A stretch of 64,000 nucleotides of DNA from Gnetum montanum (taxonomy: Eukaryota > Plantae > Gnetophyta): the NCBI GenBank assembly GCA_015680685.1, contig MNCI01000178.1:210941-274940 (forward strand). The letters run 5' to 3'. The position numbers and the translations under genes were made by a program. Positions 38,200-50,269 of the stretch are shown piece by piece. The notes beneath the pieces were generated by a model. The model was not told the origin of the DNA and searched no databases. It was given only the letters and a program-made list of their open reading frames with translations. Numbering within the stretch: position 1 is the first letter of the stretch; each line of letters opens with the position of its first letter.

Positions 38200-41100
38200 A
38201 ACATCATGATGCACATCTCTTATCTTGATGGTCAACCTCTACCTCTTCACAGGCTCCTTGATTATTAGTGTTGTCTCATCTACCAAGGGCCTCTTACAGT
38301 TGGCCCTAGCTATCCCTTCAACCTCTTTACATAAATTTCAAGCCTTTTTAATGCTATATGGTTCTGTAAGAGGTTTTGTCCCTACATTGTCAAGCGATAC
38401 ACAATGCATACGACTAACCCCCTTGGTAGTGATAGACAGTGATTCACCCATAGCTTCGAGTGGGTCTTAGGCCTATGTAGTTGGAGCAAGGAGCTTCACC
38501 AAAGGTTTGGTAAATTGGAATGGATCTTGGGTAACCCATCATTCACCCTTCCTAAGCACTAGGAACTTTGCAAGCCTCTGTAAGTAAGCTAAAAAAAGTG
38601 CAAAGTGCACATGGCACTTAATAGTGAGGTTGTTGCAAAGCTTTTGAATCAGCCACTATATCCAAAAAATCAAGTGTGTAGCCTAATTAAATTGAGCAAC
38701 CTTAGTGATTACCTGCTTCATGGCCTAAGCTTGCTCCATGTCCAAGATCTTCCCTTGTGATAACAATTTAGGAAATACCTAGGACCAAAACAAGAAATAC
38801 ATTTCTCTAATCAACGGTGACTTGATCTATTTTAGAGAGCATCCCTTGATGTCACAATGCACATTTAGCCACTCTTCTACTTCCTTCCAATGATCCACCT
38901 TCCTAGTTGCTTTGGTGATAACTAGTATGCCATCATTTCAAATGCTAAAGAGGTCACTAAAGATGGATGCACTAACCTCCAAAACAACGGTTACATGCTA
39001 AACTTCTTAACTTCTTGGCTAAAGGAGTTAATGATGTTCAACATCTCTACAGTGGGAACAATTAGGCTTGGGACCATAAAGAGGTCAAATAGGCCCACAT
39101 GTATAACTCTGACATGTATAGCATCAAGTGCATGATCTAACAACCAATCCTATGAGGATTCCACCTCACCAAACTTAAGGATTAGTGTCTCTTCAACACA
39201 TCCTAAAGTGACAATCATAACTTTAGCTAATGGAGTGGCCTCTACAACATAACGAAGGATAGCCCATTAGCAAAACTAAATACAACTACTAAAACAACCA
39301 AAACTGAAATAACTAGAAAAATTGAGGCATATGAATAACCCAAAATCAACAAAATAAAAACACTCACTTCGCCTATTCAGTGTGGGCATCTTTGGAGCTC
39401 TATGAGGTGGGTTGACATCCAAGTCATCAAGGGATGGGTTGGCCCACTAACTATCAATTATTCCATTTCCTATGCATCTCATCTAAGCCTTAGGATGGCA
39501 TCTAATGTGATCTTTGAAGTCACCCTCTAGTTGTTCAAATACCATAAGCCTCAAATTTGGGCTTTTGGTGAACACCTCTAAAGTTGTGTGGGCTAGTAAC
39601 AAGAGGTTGTCACCTTTGATTAAACCCTACTCATCCATTTTGAACCTGTAGGCAAGTGAAACAACAAAAAAATATTCATAACTTAAGTTCACAACAATAG
39701 AAAATAACCATAAATCAAATACAACCTTACTTACCCCTATACATGATAAACGATGCTTAGAGGGTTTTGGAACAATGTATGTGCACAATGGTCAACAACT
39801 CAAGTGTTGTTCATATTATACTGACTAAATTCAAGAATCTCCCAAATTGTTGATAATTTGCAAGAATCCATAGTAATAGTGCCATAATTTTTCTCTCCCT
39901 CCATGTGAGAGTCAAGTTCATCCATCAAGAATTTGACAATTAAACTAGAGGAACTAGGTAGGATGGGCTCTATGATCATTGCTACAGCCTCAGTCATAAA
40001 TATGACCAAACCATCACACTGAAGTTATGTAGGAGATAAGCAAGGAAGTCTTTGGCCCCTAGCCTAAACCATATTTCATTATGATCTTACTTAATATCTA
40101 GAATTGGGGAGTTAAACCCAAGAAGGTGGATGCAACATAAGTGTCCCACCATCTCTATGACCACAAGGATAAGCTTCATGAAGGCCCTATAACTTTCAAC
40201 CACAACCATTGTAACCATGTAGACAAAGCCAAAACAAGAGTAAAATGCATTAAAATAATAAGCTATATAACATCACAACTACTACATTAAACCTTATATC
40301 CTTATAGCCATCAAACATAGTAAACAACACTTAAACAAAATTTGAAGCAATTTACCATATGACAGTCTAACACTAAAATTGTACCAATGACCAATTACAA
40401 CTGAAAATGTAAATTTGAAAGTTTAGGAATAAAAATGTAAAAGTGATAGTATAGTAATAAATTCTCAACTTCCATGTTGAAATCCACATTTAGAAAAAAT
40501 TCAAAACACAAGTTAAGTTTATATCCAGGATTCAACTAAAATTCACACTTTACATCAAAATGGACATAGGAAAATGCTTATAAAAAAGATGAAAAAACTT
40601 TTACTTTGAACCAAATCACTTACAACCCCTTTTCAAAATCTCAACATATACCTAAGACCCATGGCATGCTATAAAAAAAATGTTTTTTACAATCTCAATG
40701 TTGCCCATCTTCACAAGGGTAAATGCATAATAGCCTTGTAACCATGATTTTGCACAACCAATCAAAAATGACCATAACTAATTAACTGCTCAACAAAATT
40801 CAATGATTCCATAACTATTTGAATCATAAAATAACAAAATAAAATCCCATAATAAGAAAAAACATTATTAACCATATTTTCAAAAGGAAATACATCAATT
40901 ACCTAACTGTGGCCATCATGCCAAAACCCATTTTTGCATAAGTAGACGAAAATAGCCATAATAGCCTAATTATTTATTAGAATTCAATGATTCAGATTCG
41001 TTGGAATCCTTGAATTGTAAAATAAAAACTCATAACAATAAAACTTAAAATTTCTTAACCATTCACTATAGAAAAAATGCACAACTTAGACAAAAAATAA

Positions 41101-41620
41101 CCTTAGGACAAAAAACCCACTTGATGTAGCTTGACGGAAAGAACCATAGAAAATTATTCGTTAAGTAAAATTCAATGATTCCAAAATACTATTGATTGAA
41201 AAATGATAGAAAATAACCTAATAACCATAGAAAATTAAAACATATAACCATTTCTTTAGAGAAAAATCAAAAATCAAAAAAATCCATGAAAATCATGGAA
41301 CTAGCATTTCAACTTCAATGTAACCAAAACCTAGAGCCCAAGTAATGCATAAAATGAATAAACATGGCCTAGATCTATGATATGATTTTCACAGAATCCA
41401 AAAATAATAAATATAAAAGCCTTGATCAAAAAAAAATAGAACTAAACCCACAAAATGAAATACATGAAAAAGTGGAAAAACTGGTGAGAAACTGGTACCT
41501 AGGAAAAATGGTGATAGAGCCTTCTTCAATCCTTGGATGAGCTAGATGTGCTAGGCTTTGAGCAGTGGCGTCTACATCCTCCAATGCAAGATTCCTTATA
41601 GCAACCACCTTCTTCACCAT
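38200..41620 (-). pseudogene. 5' portion of an antisense multi-exon gene, plant-mobile-domain (PMD)-like
   Basis: ATG at 41620 (MVKKVVAIR..); donor at 41498; GT-AG introns 39734-39646 and 39367-39242. Exon peptide GLFDLFMVPSL..LEVSASIFSDLFSI..AQFN(W)ATHLIFWI..HFALFLAYL. Confidence 0.65.
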
Positions 41621-42134
41621 GATACTAGAAACAAGTGTTGAAAAGTGTAAAAAATCCTTAAGCTTTGGTAGTCTTGGTGACTACACTAGCAATAGTACCA
41701 CAAGAAATGATCACTATGCTAAGTAGTTGGTAGAAAAGGTAGTAACAGAGCTCTCTAATTTTTGCACAATGGTGAAATGTGAAACAACAATGATTTTTGT
41801 CCAAGTTTTCCACCTAAAACTCTACTTAAACCTAGGTGCCAACACCAAAACCCTAGTTTCCTTTTGGAACTCCACTTAGATTAGCTTCAAAAATTGGAAA
41901 CTAGGGACTACATTGGGTTATGGCATAAAAAATTTCCAATTTTGGTTAGGCCCCACTAGATGTTCCCAAGAATGGCATGACTACGTTGGGAGTAGTCAAC
42001 CTCCTAGCTAGACTATGTTAAGGTTAACACTCCTAGAAGTCATAAAACTACTACCACTTCTATCCTATGCTTGTAGAAACCTTGAAACATGATCATGTAC
42101 ACTACATTTGGGCAAGAAATCATCAATTTTTAAA

Positions 42135-45100
42135 GACTATATTGAATGGGATCAAGGACTACATTGGACCAATGTAGTCCTAGTTGGTTCCTAGCATACT
42201 CCATGATGAAATGGACTTTCACTAACTCATCCAACCTTCCATTACCTCTGAATCAACTATCTAACCTCACTAAACCCTAGTAAGATCCCTCAATGGCACT
42301 AAAAACTTAGTCAAAGGAATTCAGTTGTAACAATAATTAACCATCCTTGATGACTACGTGGAGGGAAGTGGAGGATCATGCTAGCCTAGCATAGTCCCAA
42401 CTAATGCCCAACATAGTCCAAAATGACATCTTGCTTCCTTGCAATCCTAAACAATCCATCTAGTCCATTTAGCCTCCAATCAACCCCAAATCGACATGTC
42501 ATCTACAAAAAGCTTGAGACATGACCAAATGTAGTAAATGATGCCACTTTTTCCTCTTCCTTGTAACTACACTATGGGAACCTAAGGACTATGCTAGGCT
42601 AGCATAGTCCCAAGGTTTGAAGATCAAAAGATACTATACATACCATTGCACACCTCCAACATTGCCTTTTAAAGCCTCCATATCTCTCTAAGACCTGTAA
42701 TGATCATAAACTGTCAGTTGATCAACCAAAAAACCTAAAGAAAATCAACAAAACTATGTTCCTACATGGGGCTATGTTGAGGACTAGGAGGACTATGTTG
42801 GACAAGCATATTCTCAATGACTACCCAACATAGTCCACTCCAAACCTAAAAAACCCATCATTTGTGAACTTCAACTACACTTTTGACAACCCCAAAGCAC
42901 CAAACTAGGTCAAACCTTATCATTTTTCAGATTTTTTTATGATAACACTTGGACTACTTTAAACGGGAAGTTGGGAATACATTGGGCCAATGTAGTCCTT
43001 TCCCAAGGCCCATCATAGTCCCATTAAGACTATCAAAACATACCAAGAAACCATGAAAATTGACCTCTAGAAATTCCAAGAACTTCATTTAGAGATTTTT
43101 GACAAAAACATTTTATAGTTTTTCATCATTTTAGCCATTACAAACTTAGACTATGCTGGGGAGATGAGGAGTACACTAGGACAGCATAGTCCCAGTCTAG
43201 GCCTAGCATAGTACCCTCAAAAATTATAAAAAATATCAAAAATCATGTAAATTGACATCTAAAAGCCCTAGAATGCCATTTGGAGTTTCTTAACCATAGA
43301 ACCTATAATTTCTCCAATATTTTTGAGCTTTCAAACTTGGACTATGCTAGGCCAACGTAATCCCTCTCTAGGCCTAGTGTAGTCCTCCAAAAATAATAAA
43401 ACTTATCAAAAATAACTTGAACTGCTATTTAAACCCACACCTCCCCCCTCCCCGACCNNNNNNNNNNNNNNNNNNNNNNNNNNNNNNNNNNNNNNNNNNN
43501 NNNNNNNNNNNNNNNNNNNNNNNNNNNNNNCCCAAGCCTATGTGACTTCAAAACTTCATTTATTTACCATTTCTGGCTACTTTCACCTTGACTACACTAA
43601 GGTAGGATGGGAACTATGTTGAGCTAGTGTAGTCCCTCTCCAGGCCCAATGTAGTTCATGAAAAACTAGTCAAAATTACCCAATATTGACCTAAATTTGA
43701 TGCTTGTAAATCCTAAAACCTTCTGTAATCCTTTTAGACTCAAAGAACTAGCATTTTTCATCACTTTTCCTCATGCTCACTCTACATACGTTGGATGAAG
43801 ACTAGGACTACCCTAGGTTAGTGTAGTCCTTGCCCAAGCCCAACATAGCCCCTCAAAATTTGAAGAAAACTTTTCAAAAATCACCTAAGTTCACTTCCAA
43901 AAAACCCTAGAACCTTGTTAGGAACCTTTGTCAACCATGAAAACTTCTACCAACCATTCCAAGCCTAGACTACACTAATGGAAAGTTGGGACTATGTTGG
44001 GCCAACATAGTCCAAGTCCAAGCCCAATGTAGTCCACATCTTAACTTCTAAACAAAGCCATATCCAAGCAAGACAACACCCCTTCTCAACTACAAGACTT
44101 GGGTAAGACACATTGAGATCATTAAATCATGAAACTGAATCAAAATTCATCATTTTTGGAATTCCAATCCTTGACTATAGTAAGGAAAGACTAGGACTAT
44201 GTTGGACTAGTGTAGTCCCTCTCAAACCTTAGCATAGTCCATACCACACTACCAAAAATACACAAGATCCACCCCCAATGAAGTCTAGCACATCACAAGA
44301 GATTGTTTGGCCATGAAACCCAACTTCTCTCATCATTTTTGATTCCTAAAATCTGACTACACTGAAGATGGATTGGCACTATGTTGAGCCAATGTAGTCC
44401 CTCTCTAGGCCTAGCGTAGTCCCCATAAACTTATCCAAAAAATTGTTCAAAATTGTTCAAAATTCACTTTTATGAGTCATAGGGCCCACTGGAGTCAAAT
44501 TTAGTAGTGAAACTTAGTTTTTTAACATTTCCAATTTAACTACACTAAAGGACAATTGTGACTACACTGGGCCAGTGTAGTCCCTATCCAAGCATAGCAT
44601 AGTCCACTTGGAAGTGGCCAAAATAGCTCTAGAACTTCCCAAATCAACTCTAGCAAAGACCCAGAATACTACCGGAGCATCTCCAAATCCTAGAACCTTG
44701 GGAAATGAGTCAAACATCATTCTTTTTCAACTTTTTCTCATCCAAAATCCTTTACTACACTAGAAATTACATGCCTAGTGTAGTCCCATGGTATTTGGTT
44801 GTCCAAGGCCCAAACAAGCATGAAAACTAGCAATTTTTGCATCAAAACCCTGGCTGGCAACACCAATGACCTTGGAAGCCCATTAGACTAGCCAATTTAG
44901 CTCCAAAACTCACCAAAATTCATTTTCCACCCAAGACTACACTAAGGAAGCTAAGGACCACATTGGGCTAGCGTGGTTGCAATTGGGAGGAAAAATGTAA
45001 TAACAAAATCTAATAGTAAATAGCTCAAAATGGCCTGAAATTGATCCAAAATGACTAGAACTTTGCCTTGATGGCTCCTAATTCCAAATTTCACTCTATT

Positions 45101-45171
45101 TCAACCCTGGGAATCATACAAACTCAGTTATTCCTTGTGACTATGTTGGGCCCTACTAGCCCAGTGTAGTC
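42135..45171. repeat. Array of regularly interspaced nested palindromic repeats (~67-bp core, ~180-220-bp period, ~16 units)
   Basis: Cores begin at ~42135, 42352, 42566, 42770, 42951, 43149, 43339, 43590, 43785, 43968, 44174, 44355, 44538, 44754, 44935 and 45139. Examples: ggactatgttgggccaacatagtcc, gactacactgggccagtgtagtc. Confidence 0.9.
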
Positions 45172-45253
45172 ATCCTTGGAATTGAGATTTTCAACCTTTT
45201 GAAATGTCACAACGGTGTCACAACTTGCCAATATTCAATACCTACTCCTTGTG

Positions 45254-45767
45254 TGTAATGTCCCATCCCTTGTTAAGGGTTAAAAAAATTGTAACAATGT
45301 AATTAACCTTCAAATAAAGGGGTGCCTTATTATGAGGAGTTACGATTATTCATGTATCCCTTAGGAATGGGTATGACCTATGCCATTTAAGGCTAGGTTT
45401 AGAGGTCATGCTAGCATGGAGCTATGCAGCCTAGAATGGCAAGTGACGAGATTTGGATGAAGTGTAACAAGAAGGAACTCATCACCCCTTTGGCTAGAAG
45501 CCTAACCATGGTGGCAATGCTAGATTACCTCTAAGGCCTAAGTGGCATGGGAAGATAACCTATAGGGCATTACAGTAAACCACTCTTACTAATAAAATTC
45601 TTTTTATTTTTGTTTTCTATTCTATTCTATGTACTAGTTATTTATTTTCCATTCATTCATTTATTTATCAAACTATTTCATGATATTTCCATTATATTAC
45701 TTACAAATATGATGAATTAAGAAATGAACAATCATGTTTTTATGACATTCAGGAATGGGATGTCACA
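45254..45767 (+). repeat. 5' LTR of E (514 bp)
   Basis: tgtaatgtccc...gggatgtcaca; colinear with 59120-59639. Confidence 0.93.
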
Positions 45768-45769
45768 TT

Positions 45770-45780
45770 TGGTATCAGAG
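45770..45780 (+). promoter_or_regulatory. tRNA-iMet PBS of E
   Basis: tggtatcagag, 2 nt after the LTR end. Confidence 0.93.
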
Positions 45781-45829
45781 AAAACCATGATCCAAGAGCC
45801 AAAGTGGAAGAAAAATATTATTTTATTTA

Positions 45830-48300
45830 TTATTACCATAAAATATAGGTACAAGAAGAATATGTGAAGGAAGAATGGGAAAAGAAATGGAACACAAGAA
45901 TGTGGAAGATGTGGAATACAAGGAATAGGGAAAACAAGAAGCATAATAATGATCAATCATTTTGCTGGAATGCATCAAGAAGATCTGAAACTATCTTCAG
46001 TTGTGTTTTTAATTTTTGTCAATGGCATCCTTTTTACTGAGCACTACTTTGCATCCTACGTGGCCACCACACAATTGCTTTATATACTTATTGGCATTCT
46101 TCGTTGTAGTTGCTACCTCCTCCTTCTTTTTCAGTTGGATCTCCAACACATCCATTTGAAACAATCAATCATCCAAGTATTTCTTTTCCACTATTTCTCT
46201 TTCCTTTGCACACATAAAAACAAGATTCAAAATTATGAATTATGAATAATAAGATTAAAAAAATAAAAAAGAGAGATACTTACCTACAACTGATCAACCT
46301 CCACTTGAAGGTATTGCTCACAATTTAGCATATGGTAAGCAAAACATGTCACACTCTTCAACTCTCCTAGAAGTTGCTCCAGATTTTCGACAACCTCCAA
46401 AGCCTCTTTAGGAATTGGATGGAAAGTCTGCACCCATTCATAATCCATATTGAAGTTACATAATTGGGAGTCAAAAATGTGGTAGATGTCCTTGCAAATA
46501 GATTAAGGAATGTTCCTCACAATTTGTTAACCTAGTTGCCAAAAAATAACAAGTTCTTCCTTGGTAGCCACCACCATCTATTCGAGGAAGTAAAGGAAAC
46601 CTAAGATAGAGACTGAAGGAGTTACTAGAATAGACCTAGCAACTAATGTTGGCACCACCTATAGTATGGAACCCCTTCCTAGAGATGCATGAATAGATGG
46701 GGTTGCATGTGTGGATGCCACACATAGTAATCTAGATAGAGGAGTGAAAGCTATAGGTGTAAAATTTTGTTCAGCATCGATACTTACAATATCAACTCTC
46801 CTCATTTTTTGGATTAAGAACCTCCACTCCACAAATATCTACAACGTAAAAGGATCAACATCATACAAAAAAAGAAGAGAAAAATGGAAGTATTCAACCT
46901 TAAAATAATTAAAACTTACCTCTAGTTCTTTTCCCTTATCATGTCTAGTATCTTGTTTTTGGGCTTGTGGTTGGGCTCATTGTTAGACATGTTGTTAGTA
47001 TTTTTATCTTGGGCTACTAGAACCTTAACCAATACATTGCCTCTATAAATAAATAAATAAATAAAAGAGAGGAAAAAGGAATTTATTACAAAATCAAGTA
47101 AAATATAAAACTAGGCTATTATTTATATATGTATATTTATATACCTTGGAGCAACTAAGTCTAACTTAAGCTCCAGACTAAACCCTTCCAAAGAATGAAC
47201 CACCTTGAATGGATGAAGTACCTTGAACATCTTGAACATTCTCAGCTTGTGCATCCTAGATTAGTTCATTTTGTAGCCTAGATTGCACTATCAAATACAT
47301 AAAAAGACATAAGTAATAATAAGAATTCAAACTATATATATATATATATGTATGTATATACCTCACTACTTCACTCCTAATTTCAAGCCTGTTGCAAAGC
47401 CATGAGGCCTCTCTTAGCATCCTCGATCATATTCTTTATAATTCTATCTTCTTCAAGAAATTTAGGGCATAAACAAGGATTGTAATAACTAAAATGTTTG
47501 GTCAATTCATCATAACCTAAGATTAAACGCATGATCATGGGTACACAACATATGGTACATGGTTTATTTGGATTTCATTAGGTAGCAATAATTCCATTCA
47601 TGGCATTATATAGAACATTAAAATAGGACAATGACCAATCATAAGGTCTACCAATTATAGCACCATGAAGTATATAGATAGAATATGCAGTAACATAGGA
47701 TTGGTGTTGTTTCCATAAAACATTGCTATGCATAAATTAACATAACTTAAAGTGAATTTCATTGATGAAATCTCCATGACTAAATTGGCTATTGTAGATA
47801 GCAAAATCAATAACATAATTGGATAATTATTTTTTTCTCAAAATGATTTAAACTTAGAAGAGTAAACTGAGGGAATTAAGGGATCCTCCCCATAGTGAAA
47901 ATCACAAACTATCTGAATATCAATAGGAAGAATTGTTATTGATCCAAAAATTAATTCTAAATTAGAACTTCTACTTTTATCATACTAATCAAACCATTCC
48001 ATCATTAAGCCCTTGTAATATGATAACTTGAAAGAATGAAAGATAAGTAATTCAAATAACCATGAAGTCATAAGGTACTAAAATTCCTCCTTTCCAAGCA
48101 AACTACAAAGACAATTAGAAGCTACAATTGTATTATTTTGATGTAAAATTATGGATACTAGTTGGGAGCTACTTGAAGGAGCTATAGGAGCTTGATCCTG
48201 AGTCACTAAAGAAGGAGCCTGATGCTTTAGAGTCATGATGTCAATGGTTGAAATCTCTAGAGTTGTAAGCTTTGAGAGGAATGCTTCCACTCTTTCACTA
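45830..48300 (-). pseudogene. Antisense multi-exon PMD-like gene between PBS and gag of E
   Basis: Introns at ~47362-47288, ~47144-47044, ~46920-46839 and ~46283-46207. Peptides LMMEWFD..IFGSITILPIDIQIVCDF and GRPYDWSLSYFNVLYNAM; coiled-coil tail QYLQVEVDQL/KEREIVEKK. Confidence 0.65.
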
Positions 48301-49119
48301 CTGTTGTGCTATGATGGAAAAGAAACGTATTTTTTTATGTATTTATAAAATAGTAACTAGAAGAACAACCACAACCATAGTGGGAGAAAAGAGGAAGTAC
48401 CAGCTTAAGTTAATTATGATTTATTTAAGCTAATACTTACTTTTCATGATTTTGTGATTTCTAGGTTCACCAAAATGACATTATCTCTAGCACAACATGT
48501 AGTGCTCTCTTAGATGATTCCAATGGTATCCATTTCATTGAAATCTAACTTACAATTTGGGAGATATGGCATTTCTTGATTTGCATGCAATTTAAAATTT
48601 AAAAAGTGTTTTTTTTTAATTTCTATTTATTTATTTATTTAAAAAAAGTGAAGTGGAAGGTTGTAGGTTTGCCCCCAACCCCTAAAATAATTTTGTTATT
48701 TATTTAAAACAATAATAATAAAAAACCCTTGATAGGATCACGATCAGCCTTGCTACTAACCATGACTAGCCTTGCTACCAACTGCGGCTAGGCCCATAGG
48801 CCTACCCGATCAATGACGAGCAACAGTTGGGCCATGTAGCACTATGGTCAATCCCAAGGACCAATAGCAAGGGTAGCCACAATGCTGCCCTCCACTCCTT
48901 AGCTTCCTGTCACTCCTTAGAAACCACCTACCACCACTCTCCTATGTGCTTGCCACCACTCTTGCCATGCTCGCTGCCTATCATCATGCTACTTGCATCC
49001 ATGCTACACATTGCAAATCCTTGTACCCTGCAACTACTAGCATGTTATTTGCTATTTTCATTCCTTACACTACACACACATCCTTAATAGCCCTTAGAGT
49101 TGCAAATCATTGCCTCCCA

Positions 49120-49245
49120 TGCCACTGACCACTGCCTTCCCTACCACTGATCATTACCTCCCCTACCACCAATCACTACCTCCCGTACTGTCCATCACTG
49201 CCTCCTCGACCATCAATCACTACCTCCTATGCCATCAATCATAGG
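49120..49245. repeat. Degenerate ~22-bp tandem repeat (accaycratcactrcctccc), ~5-6 copies
   Basis: Recurrent atcactacctcc / atcattacctcc / atcactgcctcc. Confidence 0.65.
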
Positions 49246-50269
49246 CATCCCTAGCATCAATGTCATCACCAATCATAGGGAGGAAGTAGGGTAGGAAGGG
49301 TAGCATAGTAGCAATGATGGACACTAGTGGTGCAACACAAAGAATAATGATGGAGACACACAGCAAGAAGATAGCATTGCATGTGTGGTGGCCCATAGGT
49401 AGTCTCCAACCATGCAGGCCAAAGCAGGGCTATGTGGACCTAGTAATGGGCCATGTAGGCCTAGTAGAGGACCATGTGGGCCCTAAAAATGACTGCATTG
49501 GTGTCAGTAAGGGGCCCCATATAGGCCTAGGCCACGTAGCCCTTACCGTTGTCAATATTCATGCAAGTCCCTACCATGTAGTTCACCTCTACTACTACAA
49601 CCAATGTTGCCTAGCATCCACCTAAGTCACTACTAGTGTGTCACCATGGTCATTGTTACCATCAACATGAAATGGTAAATTTTCTATCACCTAATAGAAA
49701 ATTTTGAATTGCCCCTCAGCCGACAAAAAAATTAAAATTTCCATCAATTGACAAAAAATTTAAAATTCTATCATCAAACAGTTAATTGAAATTGACAATG
49801 CATAAAAATATTTTTAAAATTCAAATTTAATACCCTAGTAATTACAAAAATAAAAAGCTTAGTCATTAAGCACACTTGACCTGGAGTAGAATTAGGAAGG
49901 ATGACCTCTTGAAAAGTCTTGAAAATCATGCAAGCTTTTGCAAATTAAAACAGTCATAACTTTTGATTTCACAGTCTTTTTTAACCAAATAAAAATCTAT
50001 TCCAATAAATTTGAACCTTCCAAACTTAATGGAATGGGTAGATTTAGCTCTCAGGTTATAGAAAATTTACTTTTAATCCATTAATTAAGGTTCCAAAACA
50101 ATTAGGATTCAGTGGTTGAAGAAGAAATCCATGACAGTTTCAACCTCTTTTATAACTGATTAACTATTCTGAGACTCATAAAAAAGACCATAGAGGCCAA
50201 GGATTACCAAAATACCTTATTTCTTCAAGTTACCAATGTCTAGAACCTAAAGAATAAATTGAAGAGAAA

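Noticed and set aside
42135-45171. CRISPR array
   Set aside because: Eukaryotic TE context, no cas genes, degenerate repeats, and spacers >100 bp that are partly homologous to each other. Reported as a palindromic repeat array instead.
47333-47360. (TA)n microsatellite as a notable feature
   Set aside because: Short, ordinary, and located within a predicted intron.
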